Below, in pieces: positions 1 through 11,570 of a stretch of DNA of 64,000 bases; position 1 is the first letter of the stretch; every line of letters begins with the position of its first letter. A model generated the notes under the pieces. The model was not told where the DNA came from. It searched no databases and was given only the letters and a program-made list of their open reading frames with translations. Source of the DNA: Octopus vulgaris (Eukaryota); assembly GCA_951406725.2 (NCBI GenBank), contig OX597842.1, positions 25,606,001 to 25,670,000 of the forward strand. The letters run 5' to 3'. A program made the position numbers and the translations under genes.

Positions 1-153
1 AAATCGTAGACTCATCGTAGACGCGCGCTAATAGCCAGACGGGCTCGATATTAATCACGACTATAAGATACCCGAATTTGGTTAAACTGCACCGCAAAAT
101 GTGGGAGGAGTTAGGAATCTAAATCGTAGGAGACAGACACTCGCACAACTCCA

Positions 154-165
<12 letters not shown>
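1..165 (-). mobile_element. Non-autonomous Helitron family A, partial (5' end, cut by window edge)
   Basis: Near-identical to 26802-26967 and 54138-54301, which are the ends of elements with a Helitron-type hairpin+CTAG-like terminus. Confidence 0.7.
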
Positions 166-198
<33 letters not shown>

Positions 199-430
199 GT
201 ACATGCAGATGAACACACATTCTCAATCACTCTGACACAGATATGGGATTAATCACCTAGTTAATTATCAAAATTAACATGCCTCAGGCATTTAGTTAAT
301 GCTCATAACGAACTTGAAGATTACAAATTGGCTGAGGAACAGACACTTGATAAGGGATGGAGTTTGATCTGTTCAAAATTTAGCGTAGATATATAGCAAA
401 TATATAAACACATGCACGTGTATGTATGTA

Positions 431-473
<43 letters not shown>

Positions 474-488
474 TTATTTTATAGAAGG

Positions 489-539
489 AGCTTCTACAGG
501 ACTAGAACTGTTTCATTCAAAAGAATTCATCAGGAAGCT
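489..539 (-). ncRNA. Type I hammerhead ribozyme (mirror copy)
   Basis: Reverse complement reads AGCTTC CTGATGA ATTC tttt GAAT GAAACAG ttctagtc CTGTA GAAGCT, with a perfect 4-bp stem II. Confidence 0.75.
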
Positions 540-586
540 TCCTGATGATTTCTTTTGAATGAAACAGTACTAGTCCTGTAGAAGCT
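536..586 (+). ncRNA. Type I hammerhead ribozyme (predicted)
   Basis: AGCTTC-CTGATGA-TTTC tttt GAAT-GAAACAG tactagtc CTGTA^GAAGCT: conserved core CUGAUGA/GAAA, stems I, II and III, GUA cleavage triplet. Confidence 0.75.
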
Positions 587-665
587 CCTTCTATAAAATA
601 AATTAATTTACTCTATGTATTGAGTACCTTATTTACTGTGGTTAACCCCGACTCAACCCGGGACC

Positions 666-712
<47 letters not shown>

Positions 713-976
713 TCTTTATCTTATATTAAACTTTTAATACTTTTTGATAGTTTAAAATTTAAAAATAAATAAATAAAATAGATATATATATATATATTTA
801 AAATTTATTAGTTTAATTTAAATTATTTTTTAAAAATTTTAACTTTAATTTAAATATTTTAATTGGATTTTTATATTTTATATTTTTTAATTTTATTTCT
901 ATGTATTGGCTTATGATTTTCACTGTTTGATTTGCCTAATAGTGGTTTTATCTCTAATTTAATATAAAAAAATATA

Positions 977-1009
<33 letters not shown>

Positions 1010-1384
1010 AGGGTTTTTTGCAACAAGTTGCTTAAACTACATACCAAAAATATTAGAAATAGCAGCCAAAAGCCTACTATTTCCTTTTACTACAAAAGTA
1101 AGTCTCCACAGACAACAATATTTGTAACTCACAAATGGCAAAAAAACGAAAAACAATGAAATCAGAGTCTTCGGATTAATTATGGACGTACGTTTCTGGA
1201 TTAGAATCATAAGACTCATTTCCTTATCAACATAATATTTTCCATAAATCTAGAAATGCTAGGAAAACTTACCTTTTATATTTTCGACCAAGCGACATCG
1301 AAAGGTATAAAGGCCAACCAGCATATCCACATTTATATAGACAAGTGAATTCGTATTTCCATACATATATATCTTCTCTTTCTT

Positions 1385-1808
1385 TTTTCCCCGTCTGTCT
1401 TGATAGACAATGGGTCGCGCCAAGGGTGGGGCCTACTTTGATGATGAGCAGCGTCTGCTGTGACTGAACAGTCCAATTCTAGAGTGGCAGTCCTTGGTAC
1501 AGTTGCTGCACACGAACATCGATGGGTACGTGTGGGGTGTTGCTGCAGTTGTCCTCCTCCTGTCCCGCCTGTCCGACCACAGCTGTGCTCTCCTTTCTTC
1601 AGCCATGGAAACGCCCTTCCTCACTGTCCGACGCCAGGCAGAGCGGTCAGCAGCTGTTTCTTCCCATGTGTCCACACAGATGTTGGCAGTCCTCAGGTCG
1701 CGCTTGCACACATCCCTGTATTGTAGCTGTGGACGTCCCTTGGGTCGGGATCCCGTGGTGAGTTCACTGTACAGGATGTCTTTAGGCATGCGACCGTCCT
1801 GCATGCAG
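1385..1808 (-). mobile_element. RTE/BovB-type LINE 3' fragment
   Basis: ORF 1433-1918 contains RMQDGRMPKDILYSEL..GSRPKGRPQLQYRDVCKRDL..W...A.DRSAWR and the C-terminal finger CSNCTKDCHSRIGLFSHSRRC. Confidence 0.85.
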
Positions 1809-1809
1809 T

Positions 1810-1851
<42 letters not shown>

Positions 1852-1854
1852 ATG

Positions 1855-2285
1855 TTAATGTTCGTCCTTCGGGTTCGAAGATGACCATTGACATCATTTG
1901 GTGGAATCGTGATGTCATGACGTGTGCATGACTTGGATTATAGTGAGGGTGACCTGCGCAGGATCAGCCTCACTCTCTCATCCTGGTGCGCCGGATCCAG
2001 TGGCAAGACAGTCAGGACGGCTGGAGGTAGACCAGGATGCAGGAGCTGCCGGAAGGTGGCACGCATGGCGCAATCCAACTGCCTGAGTGGCTCCACTCCG
2101 GATTTATGTATGTTTTTGGATGGCCATTGACTCGTGAGAGTTCCTCTGCCCTTTGACAGGTTTTGTTTTTAGTCCTGCTGGGTGTCCAAATCACCCTCCT
2201 CACCGAGAAATCTTGGTGGGGTTGCCAGTTTAGTCGCCAACGACCCGACCATGTAACAGGTTGTACTGGGTTACATGTTACCAGT
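1855..2285 (-). mobile_element. Putative non-autonomous RTE derivative (5'UTR + 3' end)
   Basis: Minus strand has GGCGACTAAACTGGCAACCCC (RTE 5'UTR-like) and ends GGTCATCTTCGAACCCGAAGGACG plus an AT tail, resembling RTE 3' ends from memory. No coding motifs. Confidence 0.4.
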
Positions 2286-2384
2286 AGCTCCAAGCTACAC
2301 ACACACCACACACACACACCACACACACACACCACACAGCACGCACACCACACGCACACACACACACATTCACATACATATATA

Positions 2385-2612
2385 TATTTCTTTACTACCC
2401 ACAAGGGGCTAAACACAGACGGGACAAATAAGGACAGACAAACGGATTAAGTCGATTACATCGACCCCAGTGAACTGGTACTTAATTTATCGACCCCGAA
2501 AGGATGAAAGGCAAAGTCGACCTCGGCGGAATTTGAACTCAGAACGTAGCGGCAGACAAAATACCGCTAAGCATTTCGCCCGGCATGCTAACGTTTCTGC
2601 CAGCTCGCCGCC
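2385..2612 (-). mobile_element. tRNA-derived SINE with Deu/Nin-like central domain
   Basis: GGCGGCGAGCTGGCAGAAACGTTAGC head, GAGTTCAAATTCC B-box, GCCTTTCATCCTTTCGGGGTCGATAAA domain. A second copy lies at 50774-51005. Confidence 0.8.
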
Positions 2613-2628
2613 TTCACATACATATATA

Positions 2629-2725
2629 GGCACAGAAGTGGCTGTGTGGTAAGCTGTAAGGTGTCTTCTATTACCATGGCTAACTGAAACTTTGTGGATT
2701 TGGTAGACAGAAACTGAAAGAAGCT
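2629..2725 (+). mobile_element. Degenerate CORE-type SINE head fragment
   Basis: GTGGCTGTGTGGTAAG...GGATTTGGTAGACAGAAACTGAAAGAAGC, homologous to 5673-5835. Confidence 0.6.
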
Positions 2726-3095
2726 GTTTGTGTGTGCATACAAGCACACACATACATGTGTCTGGTAAGGAGAAGAGGCAGGGTTCAGCCAGTTCAATTC
2801 TACTATTTGGCTTATTCTGTCAAATGTAATATTTATTCACATTGTTTTGAATTAATCATACATTATCTCATAGCTTTGGGATGACAATGCCATCGTATAC
2901 TTTTAAAATGGCGTGAGGGGTCAGGCCTGGCTGATTTGAGCATAAAACAAGTAGAATATTTGGGCTGGATATGGCTTGTTTGAATGTTACAGGGCCAAAT
3001 ATTTTTGCTTTATCCATATGGCTGTGGTCATACTGGAGCATCACTGATTTTGCACCTACCTTTTCTCACACCTTTCTTATTTGGTTGATTTCTGC

Positions 3096-3645
3096 ATGTA
3101 AAAAGCACCATCCGATCGTGGCCGTTTGCCAGCCTCGCCTGGCCCCCGTGCCAGTGACATGTAAAAAGCACCATCCGATCGTGGCCGTTTGCCAGCCTCG
3201 CCTGGCCCCCGTGCCAGTAACATGTAAAAAGCACCATCCGATCGTGGCCATTTGCCAGCCACGCCTGGCCCTCATGCCGGTGGCACGTAAAAAGCACCAT
3301 CCGATCGTAACCGTTTGCCAGCCTCGCATGGCCTCCGTACTGGTGGTATGTAAAAAGCACCATCTGATCATGGCCGTTTGCCAGCCTCGCCTGGCCCCCG
3401 TGTCAGGGGCGCGTAAAAAGCACCATCCGATCGTGGCCGTTGCCAGCCTCGTCTGGCACCCGTGCCAGTGCCACATGAAAGCACCCACTACACTCGCGGA
3501 GTGGTTGGTGTTAGGAAGGGCATCCAGCCGTAGAAACATTGCCAGATCAGACTGGAGCCTGGTGCAGCATTCTGGCTTCCCAGACCCCAGTTGAACCGTC
3601 CAACCCATGCCAGCATGGAAAGCGGACGCTAAACGATGATGATGG
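3096..3645 (+). mobile_element. SINE (Meta-domain-like) with about 6 internal 63-bp tandem repeats
   Basis: 63-bp units, then GGAGTGGTTGGTGTTAGGAAGGGCATCCAGCCGTAGAAAC and a (GAT)n tail. Same body at 12890-13052 and 54915-55093. Confidence 0.75.
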
Positions 3646-3754
3646 GATTTCAAATGCGCATTCCTGCAAGTGCTTTTTCCCTGGTTGCAGATTCCTTTGG
3701 TGTATGAAGCTGTTTGACATTGCTGCCTTCATCTGTACCTTTTTACCAGGACGT

Positions 3755-4140
3755 TGGTCTAACTGGTATCATGGATAGGTGAATGTCCAGTTTCTTTTTA
3801 AAGACATCGACTTTGTGTAGGTTTCTTAATTTTTTTTGGCAGGGCATTGAAGAGCTGTGGGCCTTTAAACCCTCAGCTATTGCAGTAGCTGGTTCTGATT
3901 TTGGATATTTTCTTCTTGGTAGTGGGATTTCATATCACTACTCTTGCATGTGCATTTTACCCTGGTTGTAGGCCCCCTTCGGTGTACAAGGGAGTCTGAC
4001 ACTGTTGCTCTCATCCGTACTTCACACCAGGACATTGGTCTATTTGGTATCATGGATGGAATGTCCAGTTCCTTTTTAAAGACATCCACTTTGTGTAGGT
4101 TTCTTAATTTCTTTGGAGGGCATTAAAGAGCTGTGGGCCT
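3755..4140 (+). repeat. About 285-bp low-copy direct repeat (further copy at about 5220-5475)
   Basis: AATGTCCAGTTTC/CTTTTTAAAGACATC(C/G)ACTTTGTGTAGGTTTCTTAAT recurs at 3782, 4060 and 5360. Confidence 0.75.
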
Positions 4141-4144
4141 TTAA

Positions 4145-4365
4145 CCCTTTTGTTACTGTATTTATTTTGAGATGCTCTGTGTCTCTTTCAGTTACTTTAA
4201 ATATAACAAAGAATTTGGGACAATAACATAGTTATCATGAAGCTAGTGTTAAGAACATAAATTGTGACTAAGGTTTGGTGGGAGATTTTTATTCAAAACT
4301 TATGAAAACAAGACATTTGTACTTCAGAGCCAGAGGTGGTTTCAGCCAAGTTGGTATCAAAAGGG
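4145..4365. mobile_element. piggyBac-type MITE
   Basis: TTAA|CCCTTTTGTTAC ... GTATCAAAAGGG|TTAA. The empty TTAA site is visible in the paralogous repeat at 3865-3868. Confidence 0.75.
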
Positions 4366-4393
4366 TTAATTGTTTCTCTATTATATACTTTAA

Positions 4394-4579
4394 GCCTTTT
4401 GTTACCGTTTTCCGTAAATATAACAGAATTTAGTAAAATAACTTCATTATCATTAAGCTAGTGATAGGAACATAAATTGTGACTAAGGTTTGGTGGTATA
4501 TTTTAATTCAAAACTTACAAAAACAAGACATTTGTACTCAGAGCCAGGGCCAGTTTCAGCCGGGTTGGTAACGAAAGGG
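4394..4579. mobile_element. Second, adjacent piggyBac-type MITE copy (internally deleted)
   Basis: TTAA|GCCTTTTGTTACC ... GGTAACGAAAGGG|TTGA. Internal sequence is homologous to 4145-4365. Confidence 0.7.
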
Positions 4580-4799
4580 TTGAACCCTCAGCTATTGCAG
4601 TACCTGGTCCTGATTTTGAATGGTGTGGACGATGCTTTTGGTAATATGCAATGTCATCCAGTACGGGCATTCGTGTAACTATTGATGCCTGAATTAGGTA
4701 CTAGCCCTTCCAGAATTTTCCGTGTGTAGATTATATTTCTCAAGCCGTCATTCCAGGGAGTAAAGCCACTGGTTTTCCAGCCCCTCCTTACATATATGT

Positions 4800-5172
4800 G
4801 GAGGCGCAATGGCCCAGTGGTTAGGGCAGCAGACTCACGGTCATAGGATCGCGGTTTCAATTCCCAGACCGGGCGTTGTGAGTGTTTATTGAGCGAAAAC
4901 ACCTAAAGCTCCACGAGGCTCCGGCAGGGATGGTGGTGATCCCTGCTGTACTCTTTCACCACAACTTCTCTCACTCTTACTTCCTGTTTCTGTTGTACCT
5001 GTATTTCAAAGGGCCGGTCTTGTCACTCTCTGTGTCATGCTGAATATCCCCGAGAACTATGTTAAGGGTACACGTGTCTGTGGAGTGCTCAGCCACTTAC
5101 ACGTTAATTTCAAGAGCAGGCTGTTCCGTTGATCAGATCAACCGGAACCCTCGTCGTCGTAACCGGAGTGCT
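4800..5172 (+). mobile_element. tRNA-derived SINE
   Basis: GGAGGCGCAATGGCCCAGTGGTTAGGGCAG (A box) ... GGTTTCAATTCCC (B box), followed by an unrelated body. Confidence 0.7.
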
Positions 5173-5672
5173 TCCATCACATATGTACCCTTTCCACAGC
5201 CCTATTATGCTGATTTCTTGTGGTGGGATTTCATATCACTACTCTTAGATGTGCATTTTACCCTGGTTGTAGGCCCCTTCTGTGTACAAGGGAGTCTGAC
5301 ACTGTTGCTCTCATCCGTACTTCACACCAGGACATTGGTCTATCTGGTATCATGGCTGGAATGTCCAGTTCCTTTTTAAAGACATCCACTTTGTGTAGGT
5401 TTCTTAATCTTTTTCGAGGACATAAAAGAGCTGTGGGCCTTCAAACCCTAAGTTATTGTAGTACCTGGTCCTGACTTTAGATGGGGAGGCACAGGGCTTA
5501 GTGGTTAGGGTATTGAATTCATGATCATAAGATTGTGATTTTGGTTCCTGGACTGGGTGATACATTGTGTTCTTAAGCGAGTACTTCCTTTTCACTCAGT
5601 TGGCAAAAATTAGTATTTGAGACAGACCAGCATCCAATCAGGAAAGGAACATATATATATATATATATATAT

Positions 5673-5838
5673 GGAGGTGCAGGAGTGGCTGTGTGGTAAG
5701 TAGCTTGTTTACCAACCGCATGGTTCTGGGTTCAGTCCCACTGCGTGGCACCTTGGGCAAGTGTCTTCTACTGTAGCCTCGGGCCGACCAAAGCCTTGAG
5801 TGGATTTGGTAGACGGAAACTCAAAGAAGCCCATTGTA

Positions 5839-5875
<37 letters not shown>

Positions 5876-6076
5876 GTGTCTGTGTTTGTCCCCTAGCATT
5901 GCTTGACAACCGATGCTGGTGTGTTTATGTCCCCGTTACTTAGCGGTTTGGCAAAGGAGACCGATAGAATAAGTACTGGGCTTACAAAAGAATAAGTCCC
6001 GGGGTCGAGTTGCTCGATTAAAGGCGGTGCTCCAGCATGGCCGCAGTCAAATGACTGAAACAAGTAAAAGAGTAAA

Positions 6077-6078
<2 letters not shown>
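5673..6078 (+). mobile_element. tRNA-derived CORE-type SINE, near full length
   Basis: GTGGCTGTGTGGTAAG A box, GGTTCAGTCCC B box, CCTTGGGCAAGTGTCTTCT CORE-like motif, internal (TA)n, GTAAAAGA tail. Confidence 0.8.
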
Positions 6079-6110
<32 letters not shown>

Positions 6111-6596
6111 TAGCAGTATTGCCCGGCTTTGTGTGACTATTAATCACACTGAGGAAATTTGATTAATCTGAGTACAAAATCAATACTTTCTTACACAATG
6201 TACGTACGTGCACTCGTGCGTTCTATGCACGTGCGAATTAAGCTAAATTTGGATGAAGTTCAATCAAAATTCAATTATTTTGGTTTAAAAATCAAGCATT
6301 TAATGCCCTCTATTTTTGCGCTTATGTGTTCCATTTCCTCAGTAGGAAGTACGTAGAAGCGTTTCATAAATTTTTGTTGATTAAATAGCTTTGGGATGAC
6401 AATGCCATCGTATACTTTTAAAATGGCGTGAGGGGTCAGGCCTGGCTGATTTGAGCATAAAACAAGTAGAATATTTGGGCTGGATATGGCTTGTTTGAAT
6501 GTTAAAGGGCCAAATATTTTTGCTTCATCCATATGGCTGTGGTCATACTGGGGCATCACTGATTTTCTCACACCTTTCTTATTTGGTTGATTTCTG

Positions 6597-8158
6597 CACG
6601 TAAAAAGCACCATCCGATCGTGGCTGTTTGCCAGCCTCGCCTGGTCCCCGTGCCAGTGACATGTAAAAAGCACCATCCGATCGTGGCCGTTTGCCAGGCT
6701 CGCCTGGCCCCCGTGACAGTGACATGTAAAAAGCACCATCCGATCGTGGCTGTTTGCCAGCCTCGCCTGGCCCCCGTGACAGTGACATGTAAAAAGCACC
6801 ATCCGATCGTGGCCGTTTGCCAGCCTCGCCTGGCCCCCGTGACAGTGACATGTAAAAAGCACCATCCGATCGTGGCCGTTTGCCAGCCTCGCCTGGCCCC
6901 CGTGCCAGTGACATGTAAAAAGCACCATCCGATCGTGGCCGTTTGCCAGCCTCGCCTGGTCCCCGTGCCAGTGACATGTAAAAAGCACCATCCGATCGTG
7001 GCTGTTTGCCAGCCTCGCCTGGTCCCCGTGCCAGTGACATGTAAAAAGCACCATCCGATCGTGGCTGTTTGCCAGCCTCGCCTGGTCCCCGTGCCAGTGA
7101 CATGTAAAAAGCACCATCCGATCGTGGCCGTTTGCCAGACTCGCCTGGCCCCCGTGCCAGTGACATGTAAAAAGCACCATCCGATCGTGGCTGTTTGCCA
7201 GCCTCGCCTGGTCCCCGTGCCAGTGACATGTAAAAAGCACCATCCGATCGTGGCCGTTTGCCATCCTCGCCTGGCCCCCGTGCCAGTGACATGTAAAAAG
7301 CACCATCCGATCGTGGCCGTTTGCCATCCTCGCCTGGCCCCCGTGCCAGTGACATGTAAAAAGCACCATCCGATCGTGGCCGTTTGCCAGCCTCGCCTGG
7401 CCCCCGTGCCAGTGACATGTAAAAAGCACCATCCGATCGTGGCCGTTTGCCAGCCTCGCCTGGCCCCCGTGCCAGTGACATGTAAAAAGCACCATCCGAT
7501 CGTGGCTGTTTGCCAGCCTCGCCTGGCCCCCGTGCCAGTGACATGTAAAAAGCACCATCCGATCGTGGCCGTTTGCCAGACTCGCCTGGCCCCCGTGCCA
7601 GTGACATGTAAAAAGCACCATCCGATCGTGGCCGTTTGCCAGCCTCGCCTGGTCCCCGTGCCAGTAACATGTAAAAAGCACCATCCGATCGTGGCTGTTT
7701 GCCAGCCTCGCCTGGCCCCCGTGCCAGTGACATGTAAAAAGCACCATCCGATCGTGGCCGTTTGCCAGCCTCGCCTGGCCCCCGTGCCAGTGACATGTAA
7801 AAAGCACCATCCGATCGTGGCCGTTTGCCAGCCTCGCCTGGCTCCCGTGCCAGTAACATGTAAAAAGCACCATCCTATCGTGGCTGTTTGCCAGCCTCGC
7901 CTGGCCCCCGTGCCAGTGACATAAAAAGCACATCCCGTGGCTGTTTGCCAGCTCGCCTGGCCCCCTGCCAGTGACATGAAAGCACCAAAAAAGCACCATC
8001 CGATCGTGGCCGTTTGCCAGCCTCGCCTGGCCCCCGTGCGCAGTGCTGTAAAAAGCACCATCCGATCGTGGCCGTTTGCCAGACTCGCCTGGCCCCCCGT
8101 GCTAGTGACATGTAAAAAGCACCATCCGATCGTGGCCGTTTGCCAGCCTCACCTGGCA
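6597..8158 (+). repeat. 63-bp minisatellite, about 25 copies, derived from the SINE internal repeat
   Basis: Unit ATGTAAAAAGCACCATCCGATCGTGGCCGTTTGCCAGCCTCGCCTGGCCCCCGTGCCAGTGAC. The ORF track shows a 21-aa periodicity. Confidence 0.95.
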
Positions 8159-8464
8159 TTGATGAAAAGTGGGTTATGGCTGTATATTCCAGGTTTCCAG
8201 TGTTTTTATAATTTCTATAGAAAATCTGTAGATAACCCTATCAAGTGATGTAAAGTACAGTAGAACGGGGTATTAACTTATAAAAACGTTTAATATACTT
8301 TATTATATCATGGTTGCATAACGAAAATACCACATGTCTACAAGTCAATAATATTACATGTTCTGCCTTCACTCTAAAGAATAGTTTTTTTTTTTTTTTC
8401 AACTTTTCTTTGTAGCTCATCTGCTGTACCGTTACAATCTTTTTTAGTGTAATGGGGTTAGGAA

Positions 8465-9040
8465 CATGATGGGTAAGGGTGATTAGGTGATGGTCTAGGG
8501 CTTAGGGGCGGGAGACCCCAGACCTTGGGAAAAAAACTTCGGTCGTCTTGTAGTTGAGGGCCCTTCTTTGACGCCTGACACCACTAGGAGGTGGCTCTTG
8601 AAGTCACTGGAAATGGAGATCTCCAGGTTCAAGTTCTTGAACGGCTGCTGTTGTTAAGCAACAAGACGGGTAAGGGTGTCTAGGTGATGGTCTAGGGCTT
8701 AGGGGCGGGAGACCCCAGACCTTGGGGAAAAAAAACTTTGGTCGTCTTGTAGTCGAGGGCTCTTCATTGACGCCCGACACCACTGGGAGGTGGCTCTTGA
8801 AGTCGCTGGAAATGGAGATCTCCAGGTCCAAGTTCTTGAAAGGCTGCTGTTGTTGTTAAGCAATTAGACGGTTTAGGTTGATTAGGTGATGGTCTAGGGC
8901 TTAGGGGCAGGAGACCCCAGACCTTGGAAAAAACAAAAAACTTTGGTTGTCTTGTAGTCGAGGGCTCTTCGTTGACGCCCGACACCATTGGGAGGTGGCC
9001 CTTGAAGTCGCTGAAAATGGTGATCGCCAGGTCCAAGTTC
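8465..9040. repeat. About 200-bp tandem repeat, 3 copies
   Basis: TAGGTGATGGTCTAGGGCTTAGGGGC(G/A)GGAGACCCCAGACCTTGG at about 8484, 8681 and 8883. Confidence 0.85.
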
Positions 9041-9430
9041 TGTCTGTTGACCTCACCATTTACATAAAACGTAGCTTTGTCACTGAACAACAAAGTTTTT
9101 CGTAAAATTGATATTTTCATCCAATTTATCTGAAAACCATTCAAACGTCTACATTCGTCTATCAGGGTCATCTTCATTTAAGTGTTGCAATATCTGTAGG
9201 TTGTATCGATGAAACTTTTCCTCATCCAGCATTTTGTGTATGGTTGGTTTTGGAACACCTAACACCGTGGATGTCCGACGAAGTGATTTCTTTGGGCTAG
9301 CAGAAACTTTAGCCATCACAGGTCTTTGGTCGTCCAGAACGGGGTTTATCCAAAACACTGCCTGTTTCTTTAAATGTTTTGATCAATTTCCCGACGGCAG
9401 TAAAATAAATAGGTTGCCTATAAGGGTTCC
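9038..9430 (-). mobile_element. Tc1/mariner-superfamily transposase fragment (DUF4817-type HTH + first D of the catalytic triad), frameshifted
   Basis: Frames give LIKTFKETGSVLDKPRSGRP, SPKKSLRRTS..LGVPKPTIHKML..KFHRYNLQILQHLNEDDPDRRM and LLFSDKATFYVNGEVNRQN. Confidence 0.8.
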
Positions 9431-10571
9431 TTCCTCAGGGTTCCTTTCTCGAGGTAAAATCCGGCAAACAGCAGTAAGGCACCACATGGTGAATATTCCC
9501 ATAACATTTGCCATAAAGGCAGTACATAGAGTGAGTTAGCTTTGCGGGCTGGACGAGGACATTAATGAAGTGAATGATAATGAAAGAAAGATGATGGGGA
9601 TGGGAGAAGACAAAAAGCGCCCGCCGACTTCTGCTTCTCTAAAACATTGTTCTTTTTAAAGAAAAACACAAAACGAGGTATTAAACCTTTTACAATTTTT
9701 TTCAATTTTTGGACTTAGCAGTCCATTACTAATGACAACATAGTTCAATAATTACATATATAAATACAATACACAAAGCCCCTCCTCCCAGACCTGGCTT
9801 ACACTTCCCTTACGAATGCGCCAGCTCTAGGTCGGGGCCCCTCAAGTTGTATCACAATTTGACTCGTCCTCGAAATAACTTGTGCCCGCACCATCCACCA
9901 CGCCTCCCTCAGAACGTAATCGAGTTCCGAGTTAGCGTCGCCCGGGACCAAGCTATAATCTTCATTGAGCTCCTTCAGCCCAAGCGTCACGTCGAACGTC
10001 ACGGCCTCCACAGCTACCTGCGGAAGCCATTCGGGGTCCTGTGTGAAGGCTAAAGGTGCTCCCTTGTGGTGCTTTTCCATCACCTTTTCAATCTCTCTGC
10101 CTCTATGGAAGAGGATCAATACCACGTTTTTCCTCGGGTGCGGGATATTCAATTCTTTCGTTGGCGGCACAGTTCCCGCCAACGGTATTTCTTCTCCTGT
10201 CGGTGGCACAACCCCAACCGACGTAGTTCCGGGACATTCCGGTGCTATGTCACCGACAGCCGGTAATGTCCCGTTTCACTTTTTCTTTTTTTTCTTTTCA
10301 GCTGAGGGAGGGTGCGTCTCCTCCGTGGCCGGAAGATTCGCCTTTCCCTCCTCATCCCTAGTATCCTTTGGTGAGCACCCATTGTTGCTCACCTTCCTCT
10401 TTCGGAAGCTCTGCTGTTAGTTTGGCTCTATGTGGTGGGCATGGCTGAGAACAAAGGTCAACATAACTTCTTGGCCTCTTCAAGGGCCTTAGTATCCATC
10501 CTGCCTGTTGTCTGCATTTTGTTTCCATCTTAGTAATGTGCATAGAAAATAATGCAGCATTACACATTCTT

Positions 10572-11016
10572 AATCCTTTTGGCCCCTTGTGTAGCATAGG
10601 GCCTCAACAGTTGTTTTCCACTTTTTGCGGTCATTGGTGTGTTTCTTGGCTGCTTCCCATGTCAGGCCGGTGGTCCTGAGTTCGTCCAAAATGCTCCACT
10701 TCCATGTCTGCTTCGGGTGTCCTCGCTTCCTTTTCCCCTGTGGGTTCCAGTCAAGTGCTTGTCATTTCACATTTGAGGGTCCTTTCCCTAGTCTGTATCC
10801 GATCCATCTCCATTTCCTTCGTCTAATCTGAACATGTATGGGCTACTGGTTGGCCCTTTCCCACGGGTCAGTGTTTGGCATTTTGTCAAACCACTTCAGA
10901 TGGAGGATCTGCCAGAGACATATGTCGATGAAGGTCTGGATCTTCTTGTAGTTGCTGCAGGTGGCTCTCCATGTTTCAGAGCCATACAAAAGCACAGATT
11001 TTACATTTGAACTAAA
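10572..11016 (-). mobile_element. RTE-clade LINE 3' fragment
   Basis: Manual translation FSSNVKSVLLYGSETW...IRRRKWRWIG...QALDWNPQGKRKRGHPKQTW, with internal stops. Confidence 0.8.
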
Positions 11017-11019
11017 TTA

Positions 11020-11570
11020 CACATCACCTTCACCTTGATCACCTTGACCGACCAGTCCGTCAGGCGTCCATTTGACACCGCTGGTCACAGCACGCTGTCC
11101 ACTCCTCTCTGGATCGCGCCTTTCTAATCCACGTGATCCCAATCGTCCTCCTGAAATCGTAACTCCACCATCGTGGAGGTCTTCCGGTTGGTCTTTTCCA
11201 TTCACGCGGGTACCACTCGACAGCTGCATGCATCCACCGATTATCGGTGAGCCGGGCGACATATCCAGCCCATCTATACTTGCTGCGTGTATACTCTGCG
11301 ATGACATCTCTCATGCCGGACTTCTTTCTGATGATCTTGCTACTTATGTGCTCTCTCAACGAGATACCAAGCATTGACCTTTCCATGGCTCTTTGAGCCG
11401 TTACCAGTCTTTGCTCTTCTCTCTTTGTGGTAGCCCATGTTTCACTACCATATAACATTGCAGGCAGAACTGCACTGTTAGTGACGTTGGCGCGGGTGGT
11501 CCTGTCCAACCTTCCCTTGAGCACATCCCTTATGCTATTTAACACCTTCCTTCCAGCCCTTACTCTCATT
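11020..11570 (-). mobile_element. RTE-1-like LINE 3' fragment (different family)
   Basis: ORF 11060-11569 has VLPAMLYGSETWAT..QRAMERSMLGISL..KYRWAGYVAR..W.PREWKRPTGRPPRWW, then a (CAAGGTGAT)-type tail. Confidence 0.85.

Larger units (their letters stand above)
472..603. repeat. 132-bp near-perfect palindrome (66-bp arms, no spacer), Penelope-like inverted end
   Basis: Centre AAG|CTT at 537/538. Arms pair out to 472/603 with 2 mismatches. Confidence 0.9.

Noticed and set aside
665-1010. Extremely AT-rich tract as origin or regulatory element
   Set aside because: Degenerate (TA)n microsatellite, possibly low-quality sequence; no specific motif.
1037-1219. 60-aa ORF
   Set aside because: No recognisable motif or splice context; consistent with chance.
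4800-4872. tRNA gene
   Set aside because: A and B boxes are present, but I see no clean acceptor stem or T-run terminator, and it continues into a SINE body.
6275-8061. Long ORFs of 426-574 aa in four frames
   Set aside because: They arise from a stop-poor 63-bp unit (a multiple of 3) derived from a SINE. Being open on both strands argues against real coding.
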